64,000 bases of DNA from Octopus vulgaris. Its lineage: Eukaryota. Below, one piece after another: positions 50,441-64,000 of this stretch. Position 1 is the first letter of the stretch. Each line of letters starts with the position of its first letter. The stretch spans positions 44,516,001 to 44,580,000 of the forward strand of contig OX597818.1 in NCBI GenBank assembly GCA_951406725.2. Reading direction: 5' to 3'. Under the pieces are notes generated by a model. That model ran no database searches. It was not told the origin of the DNA and was given only the letters and a program-made list of their open reading frames with translations. Made by a program: the position numbers and the translations under genes.

Positions 50441-51137
50441 AGAGAGAGAGAAAAAAAAGAGAGAGGGAGGGAGAGAGAGAGCAAGAGGGAAAGAGAGAGA
50501 ATCCCTTTATTCTTGAACTTTTTATATATATATAAATAAATTGTTTTGAAGCATTTAGGTTCCCAATGCACAGTAATGTCATTCTACAAGCTTGCATCAG
50601 CTGTACTGTGTGTGTGTGTGTATGTGTTTTTTTTGTGTGTGTGTATGTGTATGTGCATGCATGTCTGTTATCAGCAAGATTTCACTTGATTTGTTCTCAA
50701 ACCAAAAATACACTATCAACATTTGCAAGATGTTTCATTTAAATTTACAAGATGTGAAATATTTTAAGTTTGTAGTGAATAATCTACTCTTAAAAAATTA
50801 ACCATTAAAAGATTAGCAATTTTTTTATTTATGCAGTAAAAAATCTTGATATATATATTGTAAAAAAATAGCTTCTAAAAATATATTCAGTTATTGCGTA
50901 ATAAAAATCTTTATGTAATTCACAAGTTGAAATCCTGTTTAAGCTCATCAATTGAATAATATTTGGATGGTGTAAAAACAATGCTGTATGAATCAAGGAA
51001 ATGCAATATGGCAGAATATATCTCAGATCAAAAGCTGGAAACAGAATATGTCCATTGGCCCCAAAAGACATTGTGTTGCTTCATTAAAGCAATACACATG
51101 TTTGTTTTAATGGTGAATATACAGTATGTTATGCATG

Positions 51138-51172
<35 letters not shown>

Positions 51173-51197
51173 GTATTTATGTATATATATTATATAT

Positions 51198-51531
51198 GGC
51201 ACATGACTCAGTTGTTAGAGTGACGAACTTGTGATCGTGAGGTTGTGAGCTCGAATCCCAGACTGGGCTGCATGTTGTGTTCTTGAGCAAGACACTTTAT
51301 TTCACGTTGCTCCAGTTCACTCAGCTGTAGAAATGAGTTGCGATGTCACAGGTGCCAAGCTGTATCGGCCCTTGCCTTTCCCTTGGATAACATAAGTGGC
51401 ATGGAAAGGGGAGGCCAGTATGCATGGGCGACTGCTGGTCTTCCATAAACAACCTTGCCTGGACTTGTGCGTGGGAGGGTAACTTTCTAGGTGCTATCCC
51501 ATGGTCAGTGTCATGACCGAAGGGGGTCTCA
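51198..51531 (+). mobile_element. CORE-type SINE (family E), full length
   Basis: Homologous to 40350-40690. Confidence 0.85.
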
Positions 51532-51641
51532 GATGTATATATATATATATAGGGAGAGTTTACGAAAAAAACAAAAGACGAAGATAGGTGGTGTACAAAG
51601 CAAACAGATGTATTAGTATAACGCTCAGGAATAGAAAAAGT

Positions 51642-51677
51642 CTTTTACATTTCGAGCCTACGCTCTTCTACAGAAAG
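51642..51677 (-). ncRNA. Minimal hammerhead-like motif (variant core) in a Penelope-like fragment (51551-51703)
   Basis: Minus strand cttt-CTGTAGA-a-gagc(gtag)gctc-GAAAT-GTA-aaag; related to 24066-24250 (shared acgctcaggaa). Confidence 0.65.
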
Positions 51678-52349
51678 GGACACAGGAAAAAACAAGGAGA
51701 GAAATATATATATTTATATATAATGATAGAGAGTAAGGTGACTGGTACATTTTCAAAATTTATTTCCTTTTATTTTACAATGTCATACAGAATGTATTTT
51801 ACACATGTTTAAACAGCACAGTGTATGGTCTTTCAACCAGCTTGACTTGAAAACCCTGAATGAAGCTACACTGAAAATTATGCCTGGTTGCATATGCAAC
51901 TGTTCATATTCTGTGCAGTTTTAAACATGTGTAGGTCATTGTAACCATAAAAATATGGTGTAGGACATTGCATAATAATAGGAAATAAAATTTGAGAATG
52001 TACCAGTCTCCACATTCTGTGTCATGATTATTGCAAATATACACTCTGGATAATATTACCATCCAGTGAAGTGAACATTGGAGGAATTTACAGCATGAGT
52101 GACAACTCCTAGTAATCATAGACATTAAATACTAATCAATGCAGTTAGCCATAACCTGGAACATAACTGAGAGCTACCACGGTATCCACCTGGATAAAAT
52201 ATCTCTCTAAATTCTCTCTCTCTCTCTCTCACACACACACATGCATATATATTTATATATATTTATGTGTTATAAGCTATGGATAATCACAGTAGGGAAT
52301 ATTGAAAGTATGCTTGTATATTGGCTAAAGGCTGAGCATTTCATACCTG

Positions 52350-53016
52350 GCACCGAAGCTGCAATAAGTCTTCATCCAGACACTCAACCCTCAATCTTAT
52401 AGTCTACCAAACTATAAGCAGGTAGGTGTGTTTAATTGCTATAAGCAAGAGAGGCACTGCTGTGCATTTCAGTAATGATAGTGCAATGGATTAAACCTTT
52501 CCATATACTACAAGAAAGCAATGTAATACTACTACACACATCTAGATCACATCCAACATAAAGAACGGCATGATGTTGCTCCAGATGTACTCTCTCTTCA
52601 TTTTGCTTATTCAATTGCTACAACAATGAACTCTGCTTCTCATAGCTGGTTGAGCTCATGCTATCAACAATCGGGCCCTCTTTTCCTCTTCCCATACATA
52701 TTATATGTTCTCTATACCCAAACCAGAACATCTCCAGAGATCATCCGTTTAGAATTCTTTCCTGTTCATGTTTCTCCTGGAGCAATCAATCTCCATTTCT
52801 TGAAGAAGAATATCGATTACTTAGTTTTCACCTGTCCTAGAAAATGGACACTTCCTTTGAAGTCAATTAGAACAAATGACAACTGATAGCCATATCTGAT
52901 GACTGTAAAATTTAAATAATGGATTATATTTTCCCCATTTTTATGAGATAAACAACATAATTTAAGAAATAAAAAAAAAGAACTGCAGAGAATGACAAAT
53001 TACTGGACACACCTGT
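52350..53016 (-). mobile_element. Highly degenerate Tc1-like transposon
   Basis: TA-CAGGTGTGTCCAGTAATTTGTCA terminus at 53016; relic motifs SGDVLVW (GSVMVW) and LEQHHA (QQDNA). Confidence 0.4.
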
Positions 53017-54574
53017 AATATGTGTTACTCTTATAGGCGATCAAATTAAAATGATTTATGAGAATGCAGAAATTTTGGGGAATAAATGTCAATATTAGAG
53101 TGATCAGCAGGTAAGATAAACAAACAATAGGAAAAAATATCTTGACAGTTAATTTAATTTTGTTTAAAGGAAATTATTATAAGAATGAAAATGAATGAAA
53201 AAAAAATTTATTGTTCGGTGTCATTAAAATGTTCATAGATATAATGATGCTACACTGAAGATACCATTTTAGAAATAGTGTCAGTGAAGAATAATAGCCA
53301 TCATCCCTTTTATATCTATTTTTTTCCATGCTGGCAGGTGTTACTGAATCTATGTAACAGAATTTTTATTTGATTTTGATCATGTCACCTCATTATGAAA
53401 TTTAATGGTTTCTAATCTTCACCAAGGCCTTATTACTTGAGAATTACTTAGAATACACATGAAATGCAAAATGTAAGTATAACACTGCATATGCACTGTT
53501 CTGCTTATATGTGGTTTCACCTACAAGCACATATAATTGAAAACATGAATATATTTTACTAAATAGACTGTACATTCAAATCTTCTAATATTGCAAGGTT
53601 CCTTACTTTTGATAGTATTATTAAATACATACCACTCCAGTAATTCATTGAAGTCTTCTGACTTATCTAATTCATAATTGAATGGGGGGGAAAATAAGCA
53701 GAAATCTATTAAAAGGAATAAAAATATGCAAAACCAAAGATCTAAAAGATCTATACAAACAAGGTAATATTTATGAGGAAATAGCAAAAATCTGCCCCAT
53801 ATTAAATATGAATATATTCAACAACCAGTAAATGTCATTTTTCACACTTCCAAAATGTTTCTGAGCAGAAAATTATCATTTGTGAGGCCTTTAAGCATTA
53901 ACAGCAGCAGGTTATGTTTGTAATCTTTGGAATGAATAAAGAGAAATCAATAACTTTGGATAATGTAATCAAGTGAGGATAGAAATATTATAACAAGTCT
54001 ACTATTTCAGATACTTTACAATATTGCTGGGAATTCATTGCACTGAACATGGTCAATATTTTAATTCAGGATACATACACTCATATAAGAGGGTTAAGAA
54101 TTTGTCAACCTTATCTGATATGTAAGATATATAAATTGACCAACTATATTATATGACTGTTATTGGGTAACTGTAGACTAACATCACTTAGATATAAGAA
54201 ATAGATATCTTCAATTGAACTTCTGTGACCTAAAAACTACTCAAACTGAATACATTATTCTTCAAACCGATAAACCGATCTGAGATCAGGCTACATAAAT
54301 TATCAATAGGGGTGGAATTGTGCGAGATGCTGCATGTGATAATCTGGGAATTTGCTGAATCTAGAATGCTTTGCAAGCTGTGAAGAATTTGGTAGTGGCT
54401 GCAATATGAGCAAAGAGATATCAGTTATTGTGTGATAGGAGTGTTTTATATATTCTCTGATTTATTGCTTTGAGTTTAGAGATGAGTGATACAGCAGTTT
54501 TGGCATATCTGTGGTTTATGGTTTATTTTTTATATCAAATATTTTGTGTGATATGGATAGATATGCAAATAATA

Positions 54575-54790
54575 TATGAAGGAGAGCTGAAAAGCTACTG
54601 GCTTTGGGTAAAAGAAAATACAAGAGGATCAATTAATTATGATTTTATTTAACATATTTCCCTCTCAGATTCACACACTTGTTGCAGCGGTCCTTCAGTT
54701 TTTCTAAGCCCTGTAGAAGAACTTGGAAAGTTGGTCCTCCAATCAGGCCTTTCACAATACCCCTAAAGTGAGGACTTTTCAGGAACCCCC
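54575..54790. mobile_element. mariner-type MITE
   Basis: TAtgaaggagagctgaaaag ... cttttcaggaaccccc imperfect TIRs; a related TIR fragment tacaaggggtgctgaaa lies at about 34643. Confidence 0.6.
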
Positions 54791-54845
54791 CAACCCATAT
54801 ATATGGTTAGTGATGAAAGAAAGTCATGAATATATATTCATCATA

Positions 54846-54895
<50 letters not shown>

Positions 54896-54911
54896 GACAT
54901 ATACATATATA

Positions 54912-55046
54912 CACAAGGGTAAATCATGAGCACCTCCATCACTAAAAATAGAAGTCAAAACACTTCTAAGCCACGGAAGAATTATGGTTTAGAAGTTTGT
55001 TGACATCTATTTTTAGTGATGCAGCTGCTCATGTAGTATCCTTGTA
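54912..55046. repeat. Foldback (arms about 60 bp) between TA-rich tracts
   Basis: 54912-54973 vs reverse complement of 54985-55046, including exact catcactaaaaataga/tctatttttagtgatg. Confidence 0.85.
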
Positions 55047-55805
55047 TATATATAAGATATATACATATATATATATATCTTATATACATTTTATTAATTT
55101 GCTTGCACAGCTTGTGTTTGCAACCACCAGCAATGGTATTTTTAGAAGTGCTATCATTCTCATATTTATTAATCATAATATACGTATTATTTATGAAAAA
55201 CCCTGATTTTATTGGCTATTCATTTCTGGGCCACAAGGATCAATAGATTTGGCACTCAGATCCAATTTTAAAAGCATTAAGAGGAAGAGAGATGAATCTG
55301 TCTCTAAATAGTGTAAGAGCATGTCAGTTATTGTCCAGTGTCCTATCCAAAGGACAATGGAAGTCCAAGGCAGTGTTTCCTGTGCAATGAATTGAATTAG
55401 CACTGTAAGATGATTCTAGCCAGAACTGGTTACAATAATGGCTATAGAACCACACAGAAAGATTATGTCAATAGTAGTGCTTGTATGTATAAAGCTAGAG
55501 GTACTGACTATGCTATCAATAACAGTTACTTAAAATTTGAAGTATTGACTTCACCATTAGTAATACACACTTAAAACTTGATGGGTTCAACCATTGTGTT
55601 TCGGCAATGGATGCAGTTTGTGTCCTGTTATTGTGTTCATTGCCAAAACACTTAACTCTTGACGAGTCTAAGAAAGTATCATTAGTAGTGTAATCCGTCC
55701 ATCTAGCTCTACATCTTGCTCAAAGTAGGTATCAGTGATCGTATAGTTAGCCCATCTCATTCTACATATATATTACTGAGAGTATAAATCCAAAACACTC
55801 TAAGA

Positions 55806-56503
55806 AGATACCACTGATGACTAGGAAGGTGGCAAGCTGGCAGAATTGTTAGCATGCCGGGCGAAATGCGTAGCTGTATTTCGTCTGCCATTACGTTCTG
55901 AGTTCAAATTCTGTCGAGGTCGACTTTGCTTTTCATCCTTTCGGGGTCGATAAATTAAGTACCAGTTATGCACTGGGGTCAATGTAATTGACTTAATCCG
56001 TTTGTCTAGCCTTGTTTGTCCCCTCTATGTTTAGCCCCTTGTGGGTAATAAAGAAACAGATACCACTGATGATTAGGCAGTCCATCAAGCTTTATGTTGG
56101 AGCTACTGGTTGTATGGTCAGTCCATCCAACTAAGTTGGAGTCACTGATGGTATTGTCTATTTAAGGTGGCGAGATAGTAGAAACGTTAGCATGTTGGGC
56201 GAAATGCATAGTGGTATTTCGTCTGCCGTCACATTCTGAGTTCAAATTCTGCCGAGGTCGACTTTGCCTTTCATCCTTTCGGGGTCGATAAATTAAGTAC
56301 CTGTTACACATTGGAGTTGATGTAATCGACTTAATCTGTTTGTCTGGCCTTGTTTGTCCCCTCTATGTTTAGCCCCTTGTGGGTAATAAAGAAACAGATA
56401 CCACTGATGATTAGGCAGTCCATCTAGCTTTATGTTGGAGCTACTGGTTGTATGGTCAGTCCATCCAACTAAGTTGGAGTCACTGATGGTATTGTCTATT
56501 TAA
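55806..56503 (+). repeat. Two SINE B copies each followed by the same 108-bp segment
   Basis: 56058-56165 equals 56396-56503 with one mismatch; SINEs at 55826-56057 and 56164-56395. Confidence 0.9.
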
Positions 56504-56672
56504 CTCCAAGTAGATACTACAACTGATATAATCAGTCCATCTAGTTTTAAGTAGAAACCAAAATTGATATAGTCTGTCTATCACTTTAATAGAGTGCTTC
56601 AGTTTAATTTCTCTCACAGAAAACACTTTTTGTAATTGTTAGTACTCTCTGCCAGGTGTAACAGCAACTTTT

Positions 56673-56873
56673 CTATTTCTGTTTCTTTACTACCCACAAG
56701 GGGCTAAACACAGAGGAGACAAACAAGGACAGACAGATGGATTAAGTCGATTATATCGATCCCAGTGTGTAACTGGTACTTAATTTATCGATCCCACCCC
56801 CGAAAGGATGAAAGGCAAAGTCAACCTTGGTGGAATTTGAACTCAGAACGTAACGGCAGACGAAATACGGCTA
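56673..56873 (-). mobile_element. 5'-truncated SINE B with TSD
   Basis: tgta(a/g)cagcaactttt on both sides. Confidence 0.85.
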
Positions 56874-58987
56874 TGTAGCAGCAACTTTTACCCACTTAAT
56901 GCTTTTGAAACTGAAATTACATGCTAATTTTGAAAGCACTGCATCAACACAGTTATTTTTATTTCCACACTAAAACCAGAATTCTTAATCATGAATCTAT
57001 ATGATATTACTACTTCATGACCAATAAAGTAAGATGTGAACAACATGGTAACAGAATGACTTACATATATATTGGGAAGTCCTAAATATTACAGGTAAGA
57101 CCAATTCCTTAAATTCTATACATATTTATAAAAATATTATAAACTCAGTAATTTTGATACTGTATGTTCATTCTATCACATACACCTGTCCTTTCCACAA
57201 GCATTTGTGATCTACAGAGCCATTGCATATCTCCAGGTTGTACAGTACACCAGCCAAATACAAAAAGCTTTTCCTGTGGTTGCAATTGAAATTAACATTA
57301 CAAGCTAATGATTTATTTGCTAATTTTACAACACAACTACAATTCACTAGAGCACTTAAATCCCAGTCCTTTCATATCTACTGGGAGCTAGGTGGTCCTG
57401 ACTTTTAATGGTTAAAAGTCTAAACCACAAACCCGACTCCATATCAGTGGTTAGGATGCAAAACATTAACCTGTTGCTTCTGGCATCCATGCTCTCCTAA
57501 TTTACATCTAGAATGAAACAAAAAGATTTTGTGAGAAATTGAATGGCCAAGAGAATAACTAACTGGATTCTGAGCTTGTGATTTATGAATTCTTAATTAA
57601 TCTGACTAAAAATGATTAATAGCTTCTCACTTAATTTTAAATTCATTAATCTGGTAAGACAGACATGGACTGCACAGGCTTGACTGATACAAAATTTTAT
57701 GTTATCTCATCTAACTTCTCACAAATGTTAGTTTGTTAGAAGGATTAATAAGCCATTTACTATATTAAAAAAATGACACTTGGCTCTTAGGGGCATGCTT
57801 TCAATAGAATTCACTCTTTTACAAGAATCACATCAGATCTTAGTTAAAGCATAACACAGTTGCTCTAATAAACCTCTTGGAGAGTAGCACTGACAGTCAA
57901 AAGTATTAGTGGTAAAATTGTCAGAGAGTAAAGGGCTCTGAATTCATGAGAAATGGCTAAGAATGCTGTCCAGCCAGCAGGGCATTAACAACAAAATCCT
58001 CTCCATTCCTCTAAATCCAAATATTCTTTCTACTGTACACTGAATTCCTTGAGCCAATAATTGTTTGATTATCTCTCATTTCTTTGATTATTTCTTCATC
58101 TAGGATAGCAATCTCATAGCACTTCTCTTAAATCCTAATCTGCAAAAATTTTAATGTGCATAACTCTTCTTGGCAATCTTAGACTGGTAAACCAACACTA
58201 TTACGGTAGGGTTGATTTCTTTGATATCCTGGACTGTCTGCATCTCTTAGCCTCCTCAGCTACCTGCATTATTGCTTGACACATCACTCACCCTCTGAAC
58301 AATCTTGGTTTCTTTGTTTCTTCTGAATACAATCTTTTCTGTTTTGACCAATATTAGATTATTTAACCACTATCTAACCAAGGCATTCCATATCACACAT
58401 TCCTACAGCACACATAACTGCTACCCTTTAAGTCTCTAAGTTGACTGGAGCATATTTAAAGGTTGAAATCTTGCACAATACTCATCTCTGAATATGAACA
58501 AAATTCAGCTAAAAGCATCTTCTTTCAAAGCCAGAAATATTCCAGCCCTGATCAGTTGTACCTCTTTACGAGCTCAAGTATTAATCATATTACAGTACTG
58601 CATAAATCACAAACCACATTTAAAAAAAAAATGTCATCCAAGTGTTTGGCAAAAATTTAACTCACTAATACATCATAATCTCTGGACTTATTCTTCTCTT
58701 TATCTCTTCTACTGCTTCAATAATGGATTCTTAATTTCTGAACTGCAAACTATTTCCTCATACTATTTCTGCCTCAAGCCCCTCCAAAACATCTAACTCT
58801 TCTTTTCATCCCAACTTTATTTCAGTTTTTATTCTTATTCCTCAGAACAGTAACCCCCAGGAATTGTCTGTTTGTCCAGTTTCCTTACAGGCATCATTCA
58901 TCTTATAAAAGTTTGATTCAATGTCAACTGTCCAGCCTCCCTAATCTAGATGGGCCTACAAATGCGATGGAAGTTTACCTTTCTCAG

Positions 58988-59393
58988 ATCATCATCATCA
59001 TCATCGTTTAAGGTCCACTTTCCATACTAGCATGGGTTGGACGATTCTGACTGAGGTCTGGCCAACCAGATGGCTGCACCAGGCTCCAATCTTGATCTGG
59101 CAGAGTTTCTACAGCTGGATGCCCTTCCTAACGCCAGCCATTCCGAGAGTGTAGTGGGTGCTTTTTACGTGCCACTGGCACGGGAGCCAGTCAGGCAGTA
59201 CTGGCAATGACCTTGCTCGAATCTTTTTACATATGCCACTGGCCAAGGTGCCAGTAAGGTAATGCTAGTAACGATCACACTCGAATGGTGCCCTTTTATG
59301 TGCCACCGGCATGGAAGCCAGTTATCCGCTCTGGCAATGATCATGCTCAGATGGTGCTCTTGGCACCCTACTAGCATAGGCACAAGTGCCAGT
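58988..59393 (-). mobile_element. SINE family C
   Basis: Body and tandem units as at 7261. Confidence 0.85.
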
Positions 59394-59710
59394 TAGAATT
59401 ATGAAAATCTACTTGATGTATAAAAAAGTATGAGGAATAAAGGATTATCTGAAAAATTATTTTATCGATAAATATATTACTGAAAAGGATTTTTCCAAAA
59501 TATAGTTTATAGACGAACCAATAATTTTAATGCACCCTTTATTGTTGATTTATCAATCTGTAAACTACATCGAAGGAAAATTTTGGTATATAACATCCAT
59601 AAATACATCAGCAACATCACAAGTTATTCAAATATGTTGGTGACACATTGTAGGTGTATAACATGGTGCTACAAGAGTGTATAAATGCCCTATATAACAT
59701 GATAGGTATA

Positions 59711-59944
59711 TAAGGTGGCGAGCTGGCAGAATCGTTAGCATGCCGGCCAAACTCCCTAGCGGTATTTTATCTGTCACTACGTTCTGAGTTCAAATTCCGT
59801 CAAGGTCGACTTTGCTTTTCATCCTTTCGGGGTCAATTAAATAAGTACCAGTTACGCACTGGGGTCGATATAATTGACTTAATCCCTTTGTCTGTTCTTG
59901 TTTGTCCCCTCTGTGTTTAGCCCCTTGTGGGCAGTAAAGAAATA
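59711..59944 (+). mobile_element. SINE family B (older B at about 60888-61090; old C at about 61423-61720)
   Basis: Consensus match. Confidence 0.85.
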
Positions 59945-61174
59945 GTATATACAGTATTCCCATATCTATTTTTATAGGGTTTTGTAGCTGCAAGCAAGTT
60001 ATGAATTGATCCTGTCTTATGGTGTTACATAATTATATAGTGTACTCCCTATGTCATGATGTTGAATCACATTGCTATAGGGTTTCCCACACTATGGTAA
60101 TTAGGCTATTCTCTGTCACCAGCAATATCAGGAGATATTCATTCATTCTCAACTACTAAATATATTTTGCAACATTGCATTTTTTCTAATTCTCATTGAT
60201 TGGTGGAGTTCTTCTAACAGACAGTCATTTGGTTGCTATCAACATTATCTAGAATTATACCTCAGTAGCAGTCTTCTGTAGTAGTAATCCTCTAAAATAC
60301 TACTACAGTGGAATACTACCAACATATCTCCAGAGTAGAATCCTTCAACAATGACATCACCGTATACCAATATCGCAACTGTGGCACCATTTTATAATGA
60401 CATCACTCAATAGTAGCACAACTCTAAAATAGCCATTTTTGCATGTGTACGCACGCGTGCACACATGCACACACACTCACACACACATACACACACACAC
60501 ATGTATGGCATTCCCCAATGCACATTAACAAATGTACATAAGAGACATTCATAATACTACTACTATTACTATATCATTCAATATATTTGATATCAATGCT
60601 GCAGTGGCATTATATAATAGAGATTCTGAATATTCTATGATTTTTTTAAAAATTCTAATTACTTTAAGAAAATATCACATAAAAGTATGTTAGCAGTATA
60701 GAATTTGGAACTTTATGTTTCTGAGTCTAAAACTTTAATGCTACTTTGATAATTAATACATTACTTGTTAAACATAGAAATACATAATAAAAGTGTCAGG
60801 TATTCCTGGCTATATAAATGACCCCAGAATGGGTTCAAACTAGGAACCTTTATCTCTAAAGTAAGGTTAGCAATAGCTTTATTCATTAAGGTGGTGAGTT
60901 GGCAGAATCATTAGCATGCTAGGCAAAATGCTGAGTTCAAATTCCACCAAGGTCAACTTTGCCTTTCATTCTTTCAGGGTTGATGAAATAAGTAAAGTTG
61001 AGAATTGAGGATGGAGTGGGTGGGGAGGTCGATGTAATTGACTTAGCCCCTTCCCTGGAATTGTTGGTCTTGTGCCAAAATTTGAAACCAGTATCTTCAC
61101 TCACTAAACTCTTGATTTATGTATATAGCCTTCATTGAGAAATATAGGTTTCTTGTTCAAATCCAGTCTGTGGT

Positions 61175-61217
<43 letters not shown>

Positions 61218-62204
61218 CCAGTAATATGCCATCTGAAGTCAATCAGGAATTAAATCAATCAGAGATTGAACAGACAGAAATGTAGTCTAGGTTTAAATAA
61301 TGTAAATATACTTTCAGAGGTTGATAGTCCAGAATATTATATTCTTTTATATTTGGGGCTTAAATTACAATATGGTATTTTTAGAAATTAAGGGAATCTC
61401 AACTCACACAACATTTCTGATTCATCATTTAATGTCTGATTTCCTTGCTGGCATGGGTTGGATGATTTGACTGGAGCTGGTCAGCTGGAGAACTGTACTA
61501 TACTCCAATTGTCTGTTTTAGCATGGCTTCTATGATTGGCTGCCCTTCTTAATGTCAAATATTTTAAATGTAGAGGGTGCTTTTTATATTGTACTAGAAC
61601 CAGTGCTATTACATATCAGCATGGGTAATTTTTACATGACATCAGCACAGATGCTCTTATGTGATGCTGGCATGGGTACTTTTCATGTGGCATTAGCATG
61701 GGTGCTTTTTTTCATGTGGCAAAAAAAAAATGTTCTCAAAATATATCATGTTTTGAAATCTGATCAAAGTCACATGCATAATTCAAACTAAACCCCTTAC
61801 AATATTCAAACCACTTAGGCTTTTGTTTTTCTAAGCTCTTCATTGTAATTCTAAATACTGAAACAAGACTTTGATGTTCACTTATTTCATTATCAGATGG
61901 AATGTCAAACTTCTTTAATCTATTTTTCTTTTGGAATTAATTTCTACATTGCTGGAATATCCATAGAACATTATTGTGCTGACTGAGAGATAGTTCTAGT
62001 GCTTCAAAAAATTACACTAAAATACACTAATGGTTTATATCTGCTCTAGTCCTGACAGGAATCTGATATCTATAGTTTTTGATATCCAATTAGGAATTTG
62101 ATATTTGGTTATTTTCTAGTCATGTAAATACTATATTTCCAATTTTGCTTTCAATATAACATGGTATATACTCTTTGACAACTAAAGAAGTTATAAATAA
62201 TAAC

Positions 62205-62264
<60 letters not shown>

Positions 62265-62649
62265 TGCATCTTGTTTTTAAAGTTAACAACAGTATGTGAC
62301 AGACTACCAGAAGACAGTAATAATTAAGAACCATTGGAGGACAGTGGTACTGCAACTACCAGTGAACCTAGGTCATTGATGATAGAAAAGAATAAGTAAC
62401 ACATATATCATTATTACTGATGCAAGTACAAGTTGCACTTGATAGATGATGATGGTGATGATTTAGGGAAAGGTATAGTGCATTGATTGAGTATTTTTCA
62501 AGTAAGGCTGGTAAGGCCAGTCTGTGAAATGAACGAAATAGAAATATAGGTAAGGAAAAAAATTTTTCAATGGAAGAAGAAAGGTTGACATATGTGTGCA
62601 TGTGTGTGTATATACATAAATATATATTTATTTATATATACATAAATGC

Positions 62650-62679
<30 letters not shown>

Positions 62680-62681
<2 letters not shown>

Positions 62682-63530
62682 TACTCTCAAAATTGGCAAA
62701 TGTTGGAATCCATGGCAAACTTCTACACTGGATTGAGTATTTCCTGGTGAATAGAACACAACATGCTGTGGTCGATGGAGTCCACTCAAGCCCAATAAAA
62801 GTCACCAGTGGTGTCCCTCAGGGGACTGCCTTGGGCCCGCTCCTATTTATAATCTACATAAATGACCTTTCCAGTGTAATAAATCACTGCAACGTGAAAA
62901 TATTTGCTGGTGACACTAAGCTCTAACAAATCCTCAATGAAGAAGACCGAACTCAACTCCAGTCTGATCTATATTCGGTGAGTCAATGGGCAGATAAAGA
63001 GAAAATACAACTAAATGAGGGAAAATTTGAGCTGATGCATTTTGGAATAAAGTCCACACTAAAACAGCCATACTCTCTTCCTTCAGGGGAACTGCTCAAG
63101 CATCTAATAATATCAGAGACCTAGGAGTAATTGTTGATAACAATCTCAGCTGGAGTGCCCACATCAACAACAAGGTCGATATAGCTTGTAGGATGAGCTC
63201 CTGGATCTTAAGAACCTTCCGGTCCAGAGAACAAGGTGTCATCAATCCACTTTTCTCCTCCTTTGTGCAGCCACACCTTGAACATTGCTGCCCCCTGTTG
63301 TCTCCCCATACAAAACAAAACATCTCAAAAATTGAATCACCCCAGAGGGCACTCACTAAATGAATTAAGGGCATGAATGATTTCGATTACTGGGACTGCC
63401 TTAAAGCCTTGAAACTCTACTCTCTCCAGTGCTGCTGCAAGTGGTAAATCATTTGCACGATGTAGAGAATATACCACCAGCATTGCCCAAACGACCTGAA
63501 CATTAGTTTCAAGGTTCATCCAAGGCTGGG
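62680..63530 (+). mobile_element. CR1-clade LINE RT pseudogene fragment
   Basis: LLSKLANVGIHGKLLHWI..SGVPQGTALGPLLFIIYINDL..IFAGDTKL*, then RDLGVIVDNNLSWSAHI and VQPHLEHCC; several stops. Confidence 0.92.
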
Positions 63531-63669
63531 TGAAAAGGTTGTGCTGTTACCTATACAGGGGAAATAGGACAATTATTTAGGAGAAGATATGCAAAAAATC
63601 ATGATGGTATACAATATATCTTTCTCTTTTTTTGAGATTTTATGCATGATAGCAGCTCCTACAGTGGAT

Positions 63670-64000
63670 TTTGGTAAAATTGAAGCACTGGCAGTCAGGG
63701 AGTTCCTCTTTTGCAAGGCAAAGGAGCAGCAGAAATACATAGTGAGATGAAGGAAGTCTTGAAGGATGGCTACCCATCTTACTCCATAGTGAAAATCTGG
63801 GTGTCAGGGTTTTGGACTGGTTATTTTGAGGTTAAAGATAAACCTTGTCAGGACGGCCAACTTCTGTGACCGCTGAGGACAAAGCTGACACTGTGCACAT
63901 CATGGTTCTTGAGGACCGCTGTATTGCAGCTAAAGTCATAGCTGAGACTCTGGAGATTTCCCGAGAAAGATTTGGCCACATCATTCACAACATTCTGGAC
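63670..64000 (+). mobile_element. mariner (irritans/Himar-like) transposase N-terminal relic, runs off the window
   Basis: Frameshifted AAEIHSEMKEVLKDGYPSYSIVKIWV..GRPTSVT..MVLEDRCIAAKVIAETLEISRERFGHIIHNILD. Confidence 0.75.

Noticed and set aside
57700-58950. Possible decayed transposase on the minus strand (FKYAPV at about 58440-58460)
   Set aside because: One short motif with no following TSxDVERSFS and no extendable frame.

Overview
This is AT-rich, repeat-saturated animal DNA, not prokaryotic. The tRNA-derived SINE families and dense (TA)n/(CA)n/(AAT)n microsatellites look like a coleoid cephalopod, probably Octopus; that is recognition from memory, not a search result. I see no intact host gene, tRNA, rRNA or CRISPR array, so the window is probably intronic or intergenic. 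Most listed ORFs are SINE or microsatellite artefacts. Recognisable coding relics are all from transposons: RTE, CR1, HERO-like and R4/Dong-like LINEs, mariner (DD34D), maT (DD37D), Tc1 and a Helitron Rep-Hel fragment. There are also piggyBac-like and Helitron MITEs and dozens of copies of five SINE families (my labels A-E). The most interesting layer is invisible in the ORF track. Several distinct short non-coding elements, mostly sitting in (TA)n tracts, carry minimal type-I hammerhead ribozyme motifs (CUGANGA...GAAA with a palindromic stem III) and/or long foldback arms, as expected for Penelope-like retroelement termini. One TSD-flanked copy begins within 2 nt of the predicted cleavage site. 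Coordinates were read by eye; edges of old repeats may be off by about 10-20 bp.
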